A stretch of DNA of 57,142 nucleotides from an uncultured bacterium (lineage in GTDB: Bacteria; Gemmatimonadota; Gemmatimonadetes; Gemmatimonadales; Gemmatimonadaceae), in assembly GCA_963978095.1 (NCBI GenBank), contig CAXBQP010000012.1:1-57142 (forward strand), written 5' to 3'. Numbering within the stretch: position 1 is the first letter of the stretch; every line of letters begins with the position of its first letter. Below the pieces are notes generated by a model. The model did no database searches and was not told where the DNA came from. It saw only the letters and a list, made by a program, of their open reading frames with translations. The position numbers were made by a program, and so were the translations under genes. This document shows positions 31,295 to 40,317 of this stretch, piece after piece.

Positions 31295-32185
31295 TTACTC
31301 GGCGGCGCCAGCGTCGCCTTCAGCGGCGTCGACATCCGCACCGCCCTCCTTGAGGCGGGCGGCGATCGCTTCCGGCTTGGCACGACGGCGGCGCGGGCGG
31401 CGCTTCTTGTCGCCACGGTCGCCGGCGCTCTCCTTCTCGGCGCCGCGATCCGACGAGTAGGTGTAGCTCTCCCCCTCCTCGACCTCTTCGCGCACCGGCG
31501 CTTCGCGACGGGCGTCGAGGATCGCGTCGCCGATGGCGGCACAGATGAGCTCCACCGAGCGGATCGCGTCGTCGTTGCCCGCGATCGGCACCGTGATCAG
31601 ATCCGGATCGGAGTTCGTATCGCAGATGGCGATGATCGGGATGCCAAGCTTGTTGGCTTCGTCGACGGCGATGCGCTCCTTCTTCGCATCGACGACGAAC
31701 AGCAGGCCCGGCAGGCGCCCCATGTTCTTGATGCCCGAGAGGTTCTTGGCCAGCTTGTCGCGCTGGCGCGACATCATCAGCTGTTCCTTCTTGGTGTAGT
31801 TCTCGAAGTCACCGCCCTCGGCGCTTCCCGCCTCGAGCTCCTTGAGGCGCTTGATCTGCTTCTTGGCGGTGCCGAAGTTCGTCAGGAGACCGCCGAGCCA
31901 CCGCGAGGTGACGTGCAATGCACCGGCGCGCTCCGAATGACCCACCACGATCTGACCGAGCTGCTGCTTGGTGCAGACGAAGAGCACGTTGTCGCCGCGC
32001 AACACGACCTCGCGCGCCAGTTTCGTCGCCAGCTCGAGCTGCCGCAACGACTTCTGCAGGTCGATGATGTGGATGCCGTTCCGCTCGGCGAAGATGAAAC
32101 GGCGCATCTTCGGGTTCCAGCGGCGCGTCTGGTGGCCGAAGTGGACACCGGCCTTGAGGAGTTCGTCGATCGTCGGGAGTGCCAT
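31295..32185 (-). CDS. rpsB: 30S ribosomal protein S2
   Basis: AGVHFGHQTRRWNPKM, DTNSDPD, GNDDAIRS. AAGGA SD before ATG 32185. Confidence 0.98.
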   Translation of the reverse strand: MALPTIDELLKAGVHFGHQTRRWNPKMRRFIFAERNGIHIIDLQKSLRQLELATKLAREVVLRGDNVLFVCTKQQLGQIVVGHSERAGALHVTSRWLGGLLTNFGTAKKQIKRLKELEAGSAEGGDFENYTKKEQLMMSRQRDKLAKNLSGIKNMGRLPGLLFVVDAKKERIAVDEANKLGIPIIAICDTNSDPDLITVPIAGNDDAIRSVELICAAIGDAILDARREAPVREEVEEGESYTYSSDRGAEKESAGDRGDKKRRPRRRRAKPEAIAARLKEGGADVDAAEGDAGAAE

Positions 32186-32317
32186 GATGATTCCTTGCGT
32201 GTGGTTGGTATCGTCGGAGAGTGTCGTCGCCGGGAGCGACCGCGCCATCTGGCGCAGCACCCGCTCCCGACTCGACTCCCCTGAGGGATGTGGTACGTAC
32301 GGCGGAATGTCCGGGGA

Positions 32318-32710
32318 CTAGCGCTTGCTGAACTGGAACCGCTTGCGCGCCTTGGGACGGCCCGGCTTCTTGCGCTCGACCGCGCGGGCGTCGCGCGTGA
32401 GCAGACCAAGATCGCGCAGCTTGCCGCGGTAGTTCTCGTCGATCTTGACGAGCGCGCGGGCCACGGCGAGACGGAGCGCGCCGGACTGGCCGGTCGACCC
32501 GCCGCCATCGATGTTGGCCTTGACATCATAGCGGCCGAGCGTGTCGGTCGCCGTGAACGGCTGCTGGATGGCGCTCACCAGCGCCGGGCGCGGGAAGTAA
32601 TCGCCGAGCGTGCGCCCGTTGATGTCCCACTTGCCCGTGCCGGCAGAGAGATACAAGCGGCAGACCGCTTCTTTGCGGCGGCCGATCGTGTGGATCGTCG
32701 TGTCGGCCAT
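32318..32710 (-). CDS. rpsI: 30S ribosomal protein S9
   Basis: GRRKEAV, GGGSTGQSGA, ERKKPG..KARKRFQFSKR. Confidence 0.98.
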   Translation of the reverse strand: MADTTIHTIGRRKEAVCRLYLSAGTGKWDINGRTLGDYFPRPALVSAIQQPFTATDTLGRYDVKANIDGGGSTGQSGALRLAVARALVKIDENYRGKLRDLGLLTRDARAVERKKPGRPKARKRFQFSKR

Positions 32711-32711
32711 G

Positions 32712-33161
32712 TTACTTCGCCTCGCTCTTCGGGAAGGTGAGCACGGTCGGCTGCTGCGCGACGTGCGGATGGTTGGCGCCCGCGTACACGCGCAACTTCA
32801 GGCGCAGCTTCTGCCGGCCCAGCGCGTTCTTCGGGAGCATCCCATGTACCGCCTTCTCGATGATGCGCTCGGGGTGCTTCGCGAGCATCGTGGCGAACGG
32901 GGTCTGCTTGTCATGGCCCATGTAGCCGGAGTGCGAGAAGTATGTCTTCTGCTCCGCCTTTCGGCCGGTGACCTTCACCTTGCTCGCGTTGATCACGATG
33001 ACGAAGTCACCGGTATCCATGTGCGGGGTGAACGTCGGCTTGTGCTTGCCGCGAATGATGCGGGCGATCTCGGTCGCCAGGCGACCAAGGACCATGCCTT
33101 CCGCATCGACGATGAACCACTGGTGTTCAATGTCGCTGGGTCGTGCCGTGTACGTGCTCAT
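32712..33161 (-). CDS. rplM: 50S ribosomal protein L13
   Basis: [39 protein letters not shown]. Confidence 0.98.
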   Translation of the reverse strand: MSTYTARPSDIEHQWFIVDAEGMVLGRLATEIARIIRGKHKPTFTPHMDTGDFVIVINASKVKVTGRKAEQKTYFSHSGYMGHDKQTPFATMLAKHPERIIEKAVHGMLPKNALGRQKLRLKLRVYAGANHPHVAQQPTVLTFPKSEAK

Positions 33162-33253
33162 CAGCTCGGTGTAACGAGAGGTACCACGCCTCACCGGTGC
33201 GGAATGCAACCCGGGTCTCGGCCGCCAGTGAAGGCGTTTTGGGACAGACTCGT

Positions 33254-33282
33254 AAGATAGGCAAGGACTTAGCCCCGGTCAA
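33254..33282 (-). promoter_or_regulatory. Putative sigma70 promoter of rplM-rpsI
   Basis: TTGACC-17 nt-TATCTT. Confidence 0.75.
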
Positions 33283-33322
33283 CCGCCCGCGAACGCCCTC
33301 CCCCCGCAGAATGATGCCGGCG

Positions 33323-33826
33323 CTATTCGAACTCGATCAGCAGGGCACCCTTCTCGACCGCGACCCCGGGGGTCGCGAGCACCTTCTTGACCGTGCCGGC
33401 GGCGGGGGCGCGGAGTTCGTTCTCCATCTTCATCGCCTCCATGGCGACGATCCCCTGGCCGGCCTGGACCGCATCACCCACCGCCACGGCAACTCGCACG
33501 ATCAACCCGGGCATGGGTGCCGTGAGGGGGCGTGGCCCGCTGGCGGTTGCGGCCGCGACCGCCAAATCACGGATCGCGCGGGCGCGCTCGTCGAGCGCCT
33601 CCGCGCGGTACCGGCGACCATCCAGCGACAGCGCGTACGTCCCGCGCTCGCCGTCTCGGCGACCGAGCATCCGGTGGACCTCGCCGTCCACGCGCACGAG
33701 ATGCACCGGCGTCCCCGGAAGGGCGTCGAGCGAGACCGGTACCGCGGGTCCGCCGTCCACGGTCGCCATTCCCTGGTCGAGCTCCACCTCGTGCCGCGCG
33801 CCGTCGATCTCCACGATATATCTCAT
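33323..33826 (-). CDS. Biotin carboxyl carrier protein with N-terminal BT-like beta domain
   Basis: APMPG and EAMKMENE biotinylation motif. Confidence 0.93.
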   Translation of the reverse strand: MRYIVEIDGARHEVELDQGMATVDGGPAVPVSLDALPGTPVHLVRVDGEVHRMLGRRDGERGTYALSLDGRRYRAEALDERARAIRDLAVAAATASGPRPLTAPMPGLIVRVAVAVGDAVQAGQGIVAMEAMKMENELRAPAAGTVKKVLATPGVAVEKGALLIEFE

Positions 33827-35061
33827 GCGACCGCCTCCAGCGGCACGAGTTCGCAGACCGTCTCCACGTGCGCGGTCTGCGGAAACATGTCAAATGTGGT
33901 GAGCTGCGCGATCCGCCAGCCCGGAAGACGCGTCAGGTCGCGCGCCAGGGTGGCGGGATCACAACTCACGTAGATGATGGCACGCACCGATCCCGCCGCG
34001 TCGGCGAGCTGGGCCGTGACCCGAACATCCACTCCCGTGCGCGGCGGGTTCAGAATCACAACGTCGGCGGGGAGCGCCGCGCCGAGTGCGTCTTCGACGC
34101 GTGCGGCGATCGCGCGCGAACCCGCCGGCAGTTGCGCCGCACTCCAGGCCGTGGCCTCGCGATCCAACTCGATGGCGGTGACGGTCGCCCCGGTCGCGGC
34201 AATGCGCCGCGCAACCGCCCCGGCACCCGCGTAGGCGTCGATCACGGTATGTGGTGCGTGCCGGCGCACGGCGTCGACGACGAAATCCTCCAACTGCGCC
34301 GCAACCTCCGGGTTGACCTGCGCGAACGACGCCCCCGGCTCGGAGGTGCGGCGCCGGTCGCCCAGCAAGCGTCTCGTCCCCTGCTCCGGCACCCACCAGA
34401 GCGCAACCAGCGACGGAACCGCCGCGAAGAACTCCTCATGGGTGCCCCAATGCGAGCCCCCCTCGAGCACGAAGGTGGCCTGCTCGCCCAGCAGGCGGAC
34501 GGCACCACGCAAGCGTTGCGCGGATGGCAGGTGTCGCCCGGCTGCGAGTACTTCGCGCCACAGCGCGATCAAACGCGCGTCGGCGATCGCGCAATCCACG
34601 AGCGCAAACACGCGGTCCGGATCGCCGTGCGCGTGGAGGCCGGCCACCCAGCCGTTCGCGCGTCGTCGCATGGCGAGCGTGAGCTTCCGGCGATAGCGCC
34701 ACGGCGATGCCCCCCCACGGATCTCGGGGAGCGCCACGGTCCGCTTGCCGATGCGCGTCAGTGCGTCCTGCACGATCTGGCGCTTGGCGGCACGCTGCGC
34801 GTCGAGCGTCAGATGCTGCAGCTGACATCCGCCGCAGGCGTCCTGCACATAGTGTTCGCACGACGGTGCGACGCGCGCGTCCGACGGACGGAGTACCTCG
34901 CGCAGTACACCGCGCGCCATGCGCCCTTTGGGGGTGATCTCCGCGTGCACGAGCTCTCCCGGCGCCACACGCGGCACGAACACCACGAGCCCGTCGTGCC
35001 GAGCCACTCCATCGCCCCCCGCAGCGATCGATGCGATTTCCAGCAACGCGGTGTCCGGCAT
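33823..35061 (-). CDS. RNA m5U methyltransferase, TrmA/RlmD (RumA) family with TRAM domain
   Basis: TRAM-like N-terminus, C..CGGC Fe-S motif, SFAQVN, DAYAGAG, NPPRTG, YVSCDPATLARD, DMFPQTAHVE. Confidence 0.9.
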   Translation of the reverse strand: MPDTALLEIASIAAGGDGVARHDGLVVFVPRVAPGELVHAEITPKGRMARGVLREVLRPSDARVAPSCEHYVQDACGGCQLQHLTLDAQRAAKRQIVQDALTRIGKRTVALPEIRGGASPWRYRRKLTLAMRRRANGWVAGLHAHGDPDRVFALVDCAIADARLIALWREVLAAGRHLPSAQRLRGAVRLLGEQATFVLEGGSHWGTHEEFFAAVPSLVALWWVPEQGTRRLLGDRRRTSEPGASFAQVNPEVAAQLEDFVVDAVRRHAPHTVIDAYAGAGAVARRIAATGATVTAIELDREATAWSAAQLPAGSRAIAARVEDALGAALPADVVILNPPRTGVDVRVTAQLADAAGSVRAIIYVSCDPATLARDLTRLPGWRIAQLTTFDMFPQTAHVETVCELVPLEAVA

Positions 35062-36599
35062 CAGCGACGCAGACCCTCGCGCCGCGCGAGTTCCGCCCAT
35101 GCGGACACCGGCGCCGCTGAGGTGCTCGCCGGCCTCGCGGCTCCGCCCGCGACGGCCGGTGACGCCCCACCCGCGCGCGCACGGCGCTCCTCATCGGCGA
35201 GCAGGGCCGCCGCGATCGCCGCGGTGCGCACCTGATCAGGCGGGGCGGCGGCGCCGACGATCGACGGCAATCGTCGCTCCAGCCACTGGATCTCGATCTC
35301 GCCGCGCCGGAACTCGTCGTCCTCCATGACACGCAGATGGAACTCCCGCGAACTCTCCACGCCGTCGATGACCAGCTCCTCGAGCGCCCGATGCATGCGC
35401 GCCACCGCGTGCGCCCGGTCTTCGCCCCAGACAATGAGCTTGGCGAGCATCGGGTCATAGGTCAGACCGACGTCGCTGCCGGTCTCAACCCCAGAGTCCC
35501 ATCGCACCCCGGGGCCGGAGGGGACGTGCAAGTAGCGGATTCGACCGGTCGACGGGAAGAATCCGTTCGCGGGATCCTCGGCCGTGATGCGGCACTCGAT
35601 CGCCCACCCGCGCGGGACGGTCGGCGCGTCGAAGCTGATGGCCTCACCAGCCGCGATGCGCAACTGCCACTGCACGAGATCGATGCCCGTCACCAGTTCG
35701 GTGACCGGGTGCTCCACCTGGATGCGGGTGTTCATCTCCAGGAAGTAGAACGCGCCGTGAGCATCGAGCAGGAACTCGCAGGTGCCCGCGTTCACGTAGC
35801 CAGCGGCTTTCGCGAATCGCACGGCCGCGTCGCCCATCCGCTTCCGCAACTCCGGCGACACCGCGACGCTCGGCGCCTCTTCGATCATCTTCTGGTGGCG
35901 ACGCTGCACCGAGCACTCGCGCTCACCCAGTGAGATCACGGTACCGTGCGCGTCGGCGAGAATCTGGATCTCGACGTGACGCGGCCCTTCGATGTACTTC
36001 TCGACATACACCGCATCGTCGCCGAAGGCGTTCAGCGCCTCGCGCTTGGCCGACTCGAGCGCCCCCGCGATCTCCTCAGCGCTTCGCACCACCCGCATCC
36101 CCTTCCCACCCCCACCCGCCGCGGCCTTCAGCAGCACCGGGTATCCAAAGCGGGCAGCCGTCGCGCTGGCCTCGGCGGCATCCCGCAAGGGCTCGGTGGT
36201 TCCGGGAACGATCGGCACATCGTGTGCGGTCGCCAGTTGACGCGCCGCCGTCTTGCTGCCAGTCGCACCAATGGCCTCGGCCGGCGGTCCGATCCAAATC
36301 AGTCCGGCCTCACGGACCGCACGCGCGAACCATTCGCGCTCGGACAGGAACCCGTACCCCGGATGGATCGCGTCCGCCCCCACACGCTGCGCGACCTCGA
36401 TGATGTGATCACCCTTCAGATAGCTCTCCGACGACGGCGCCGGGCCGATCCGCACGGCTTCATCGGCCTCTCGGACGTGGGGAGCCGACGCGTCGGCGTC
36501 CGAGTAGACCGCCACCGAGGCGATCCCGAGCTCGCGACAAGCCCGGACCACACGCAGGGCGATCTCGCCGCGATTGGCAATGAGGACTTTGCGCAGCAT
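35061..36599 (-). CDS. accC: Biotin carboxylase subunit of acyl-CoA carboxylase
   Basis: KVLIANRGEIA, HPGYGFLSE, GGGGKGMR, RECSVQRRHQK, EMNTRIQVEHPVTE. No biotinyl domain. Confidence 0.93.
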   Translation of the reverse strand: MLRKVLIANRGEIALRVVRACRELGIASVAVYSDADASAPHVREADEAVRIGPAPSSESYLKGDHIIEVAQRVGADAIHPGYGFLSEREWFARAVREAGLIWIGPPAEAIGATGSKTAARQLATAHDVPIVPGTTEPLRDAAEASATAARFGYPVLLKAAAGGGGKGMRVVRSAEEIAGALESAKREALNAFGDDAVYVEKYIEGPRHVEIQILADAHGTVISLGERECSVQRRHQKMIEEAPSVAVSPELRKRMGDAAVRFAKAAGYVNAGTCEFLLDAHGAFYFLEMNTRIQVEHPVTELVTGIDLVQWQLRIAAGEAISFDAPTVPRGWAIECRITAEDPANGFFPSTGRIRYLHVPSGPGVRWDSGVETGSDVGLTYDPMLAKLIVWGEDRAHAVARMHRALEELVIDGVESSREFHLRVMEDDEFRRGEIEIQWLERRLPSIVGAAAPPDQVRTAAIAAALLADEERRARAGGASPAVAGGAARPASTSAAPVSAWAELARREGLRR

Positions 36600-38149
36600 C
36601 AGAGCGGGATGTTGCCGTGCTTCTTCGGCGGATTGGTGTCGCGCTTTCCCTGCAGTGATTCGAGGGCGTCGATGAGCCGCGGACGGGTGTCCCGTGGATC
36701 GATGATGTCATCCACGAAACCGCGACTCGCGGCCACGTACGGATTCGCGAACTTCCCCGAGTACTCGGCAACCTTTTCCTCGGTCGCGGTCACGGGGTCG
36801 GCACTCTCGGCGATCTCCTTCTTGAAGAGGATCTCCACGGCGCCCTTGGGCCCCATCACCGCGATCTCCGCCGTCGGCCACGCGACATTGAAGTCCCCGC
36901 GAATGTGCTTTGAGCTCATGACATCGTAGGCACCGCCATACGCTTTGCGCGTGATCACCGTCAGCTTGGGTACGGTGGCCTCGCAGTAGGCGTACAGCAG
37001 CTTGGCGCCATGCTTGATGATGCCGCCGTGCTCCTGCGCGAGTCCCGGGAGGAAACCGGGTACGTCCTCGAAGGTCACGAGCGGAATGTTGAAGCAGTCG
37101 CAGAACCGGATGAAGCGCGCCGCTTTCACGCTGGCGTTGATGTCGAGCACCCCCGCCAGGACGGCAGGCTGGTTCGCGACGATGCCGACGCTGTACCCGC
37201 CAAGGCGCGCGAATCCAACGATGATGTTGGGGGCATAATCCGGCTGCACCTCGAGGAACTCGCCGTCATCGATCACGCGCTTGAGCACCTCATGCATGTC
37301 GTACGGCTTGTTCGCGCTGTCCGGGACGAGGTCGAGCAGGGATTCCTCACGACGATCCCGCGGATCGGTACCGGCGCCACGCGGCGGCGCGTCGACATTG
37401 TTGCTGGGCAAATAGCTGAGCAGCGTACGGATCTGCTCGAGGCACTCGAGTTCGCTGCCGCACGTGAAATGCGACACGCCACTCGTTCCGCCGTGCGTCT
37501 CGGCACCGCCGAGCTGTTCCATGGTGACGTCTTCGTGCGTGACCGTCTTCACCACATTCGGACCGGTCACGAACATGTAGGACGTGCCACGCACCATGAA
37601 GGTGAAGTCGGTGATCGCCGGGCTGTACACCGCGCCGCCGGCGCAGGGGCCGAGAATCGCCGAAATCTGTGGCACCACGCCACTGGCCATCGTGTTCCGC
37701 AGGAAGATGTCCGCGTACCCGCCGAGCGAGACGACCCCTTCCTGGATGCGCGCGCCACCGGAGTCGTTCAGCCCGATCACCGGCGCGCCATTCCGCATGG
37801 CCAGCTCCATGATCTTGCAGATCTTCTCGGCGTGCGTCTCCGAGAGCGAGCCGCCCAGGACCGTGAAATCCTGCGAGAACACGTACACGAGACGCCCGTT
37901 CACTTTGCCGAAGCCGGTGACGACGCCGTCGCCGTACACGATCTGTTCGCCGAGTCCGAAGTCGGTGGACCGGTGCGTGACGAACCGATCGAGTTCGGTG
38001 AAGGATCCTTCATCGAGGAAGGCGTCCAGCCGCTCGCGGGCCGACAGTTTGCCCTTGGCATGTTGGGCCTTGAGGCGCGCCGCCCCTCCTCCCTGCTCGG
38101 CTTCGGCGCGGCGGCGCTCGAGCAGGTCCAGTTTCTCTCGCATCGACAT
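36599..38149 (-). CDS. pccB: Acyl-CoA (propionyl-CoA type) carboxylase carboxyltransferase beta subunit
   Basis: [52 protein letters not shown]. Confidence 0.92.
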   Translation of the reverse strand: MSMREKLDLLERRRAEAEQGGGAARLKAQHAKGKLSARERLDAFLDEGSFTELDRFVTHRSTDFGLGEQIVYGDGVVTGFGKVNGRLVYVFSQDFTVLGGSLSETHAEKICKIMELAMRNGAPVIGLNDSGGARIQEGVVSLGGYADIFLRNTMASGVVPQISAILGPCAGGAVYSPAITDFTFMVRGTSYMFVTGPNVVKTVTHEDVTMEQLGGAETHGGTSGVSHFTCGSELECLEQIRTLLSYLPSNNVDAPPRGAGTDPRDRREESLLDLVPDSANKPYDMHEVLKRVIDDGEFLEVQPDYAPNIIVGFARLGGYSVGIVANQPAVLAGVLDINASVKAARFIRFCDCFNIPLVTFEDVPGFLPGLAQEHGGIIKHGAKLLYAYCEATVPKLTVITRKAYGGAYDVMSSKHIRGDFNVAWPTAEIAVMGPKGAVEILFKKEIAESADPVTATEEKVAEYSGKFANPYVAASRGFVDDIIDPRDTRPRLIDALESLQGKRDTNPPKKHGNIPL

Positions 38150-38155
38150 GTGTCA

Positions 38156-38184
38156 ATAGTAGGGGCAGGCGCGGATTTTCGCAC
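38156..38184 (-). promoter_or_regulatory. Putative leaderless promoter of the pccB operon
   Basis: GTGCGA-17 nt-TACTAT-6 nt-ATG. Confidence 0.55.
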
Positions 38185-38314
38185 CGCTCCCCCCGCGCCG
38201 CTCCGCAGCACCGCTCGCGCGCGCGGCGCCCCCGTCCGTAAGCCGGCGCCCGAGGGGGCCGACTTCCCGACGCGTTCACGGGGACGGCGGTCTGCCGGGC
38301 GGGGGCGACATGCA

Positions 38315-38349
38315 ACGACGGCCCGGAGCGCGTCGCTCCGGGCCGTCGT
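38315..38349 (-). terminator. Putative terminator after rpsA
   Basis: Perfect 16-bp inverted repeat ACGACGGCCCGGAGCG/CGCTCCGGGCCGTCGT, weak U tract. Confidence 0.6.
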
Positions 38350-38375
38350 CCGAACTGCGGTCGTGCTGTTCGGTG

Positions 38376-40175
38376 CTACTCGGCGTCAGCGATCTCGTCG
38401 AGGTTGACCGGCACTTCCACGTTGTCGCCGTCCTCACTGAAGACCTTGCTCGGCGTTTCCGGACGCGGAGGCTGCTCCTCGGGGATCGAGGTCACGGCCA
38501 GCACGATGCGGCGGTGGATCGGATCGACCTCAAGCACCTTCAGCTCCAGGTTCATCCCTTCCCACGCGATGTCGGCCGGGCTGGCGATCTGCGCGTTGCT
38601 CGTGTTGAGCTGCGAGATCGGCACGAAGCCTTCGATGTCGTTGCCGACATCGGCGACCACGCCCTTCTCCATCAGACGGACGACCTTGCCCTTCAGGTCG
38701 GTGCCGACCGGATAGTTCTCGCCGATCTTGAGCCACGGATCCTCCTCCGCCTGCTTCAGGCCGAGGGAGATGCGCTTGTTGTCGCCGTCGATGTTCAAGA
38801 TCACCACATCGACTTCGTCCCCCTTCTTGACGACTTCCGACGGGTGCTGGACGCGCTTCGTCCAGGACATGTCGGAGATGTGGATGAGGCCGTCGATGCC
38901 CGGCTCGATCTCGACGAAGGCGCCGAAGCTCGTGAGGTTGCGGACCTTGCCACGGATGCGCGTGCCGACCGGATACTTCTGCGGCAGCACCATCCACGGA
39001 TCCTGCTCGGTCTGCTTCATGCCGAGCGAGATCTTCTCCTCGTTCGGATCGACCTTGAGCACCACCGCGTCGATCGCCTCGCCAATGGAGACGAGCTTCG
39101 AGGGGTGGCGGACGTTGCGCGTCCAGCTCATCTCGCTGATGTGCACAAGCCCTTCGATGCCCGGCTCGAGCTCGATGAAGGCGCCGTAGTTCGTGATGCT
39201 GACGACCTTGCCCGCGACGCGCGTGCCGACCGGGTACTTGGCGGCGACGTCCTTCCACGGGTAGCTCTGGAGCTGCTTGAGGCCGAGCGAGATGCGCTCG
39301 CGCTCCCAATCGATGTCGAGGACCTTGATCTCGAGTTCCATGCCGATCTGGACCATCTCGCTCGGATGCGAGATGCGGCCCCACGACATGTCGGTGATGT
39401 GGAGCAGGCCGTCGACACCGCCGAGGTCGATGAACGCCCCGAAGTCGGTGATGTTCTTGACGACGCCCTTCCGCACCTGATCCTTCTCGAGCTCCTTCAT
39501 GAGCTTCTCGCGCTTGCCGGCGCGCTCGGTCTCGAGGATCACGCGGCGCGAGACGACGATGTTGCGGCGACGCTTGTTGAGCTTGATGATCTTGAACTCG
39601 TAGCGCTGGCCAAGGAGTTCGTCGATGTTCGGCACGCGACGGAGCGCGATCTGCGAACCCGGGAGGAACGCATCGACGCCCATGAGGTCGACGACGACGC
39701 CGCCCTTGATCTTCTTGACGAGCGTGCCCTCCACCGGCTGGTCGGACTCGTACGCGACGCGGATCCGCTCCCACACGCGCATGAAGTCGGCCTTCTTCTT
39801 GGACAGGACGACGCTGCCTTCCTGGTCTTCGAGGTGCTCGAGCAGGACTTCGACCTCGTCACCGACCTTGAGGTCCGGCATGTCCTTGAACTCTTCGAGC
39901 GGGATCGTGCCTTCCGACTTGAAGCCGATGTCGAGCACGACCATGTTCTCACGCACTTCCAGCACGGTCGACTTGACGATCTCCCCTTCCTCGATGGAGG
40001 CGAGGGTGCCGTTGTACATGTCCATCATCTGCTCGTACTCGTCGGACGTGTACTCGTCCTCCTCGTAGAGCTCGGGGCGGCGATTGGCGAGTGGGCGCAG
40101 CTGCGCCTTTTGGAGGTCGCGCTTCTCGCGAGCGGAGAGCGGGCTCACGGGCGCGTCAAGCAGGTCGTCGGTCAT
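38376..40175 (-). CDS. rpsA: 30S ribosomal protein S1
   Basis: Six S1 repeats (DIGFKSEG, AFLPGSQI, TDFGAFIDLGGVDGLLHITDMSW, ISLGLKQ). Confidence 0.98.
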   Translation of the reverse strand: MTDDLLDAPVSPLSAREKRDLQKAQLRPLANRRPELYEEDEYTSDEYEQMMDMYNGTLASIEEGEIVKSTVLEVRENMVVLDIGFKSEGTIPLEEFKDMPDLKVGDEVEVLLEHLEDQEGSVVLSKKKADFMRVWERIRVAYESDQPVEGTLVKKIKGGVVVDLMGVDAFLPGSQIALRRVPNIDELLGQRYEFKIIKLNKRRRNIVVSRRVILETERAGKREKLMKELEKDQVRKGVVKNITDFGAFIDLGGVDGLLHITDMSWGRISHPSEMVQIGMELEIKVLDIDWERERISLGLKQLQSYPWKDVAAKYPVGTRVAGKVVSITNYGAFIELEPGIEGLVHISEMSWTRNVRHPSKLVSIGEAIDAVVLKVDPNEEKISLGMKQTEQDPWMVLPQKYPVGTRIRGKVRNLTSFGAFVEIEPGIDGLIHISDMSWTKRVQHPSEVVKKGDEVDVVILNIDGDNKRISLGLKQAEEDPWLKIGENYPVGTDLKGKVVRLMEKGVVADVGNDIEGFVPISQLNTSNAQIASPADIAWEGMNLELKVLEVDPIHRRIVLAVTSIPEEQPPRPETPSKVFSEDGDNVEVPVNLDEIADAE

Positions 40176-40265
40176 GGGTCCTGAGTCGCGGAGGGGATCG
40201 GCTCGCCGCGACGGCGAGGATACGGGTGAACGCACAAGGCTCTGGCAGATTTACCAGAGCCTTGC

Positions 40266-40295
40266 AATATAGCCGAGCTGTCCGCGAAAGGTCAA
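40266..40295 (-). promoter_or_regulatory. Putative sigma70 promoter of rpsA
   Basis: TTGACC-18 nt-TATATT. Confidence 0.7.
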
Positions 40296-40317
40296 CGACC
40301 CCCAACTCGTTGTCCCC

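Noticed and set aside
38227..38307. SRP RNA or tRNA identity for the structured intergenic element
   Set aside because: Lacks the SRP helix-8 GGAA/AGCAG motif and a tRNA T-loop.
38376..39960. Repeated DNA segments within rpsA
   Set aside because: These are the normal S1 domain repeats, not CRISPR or tandem repeats.
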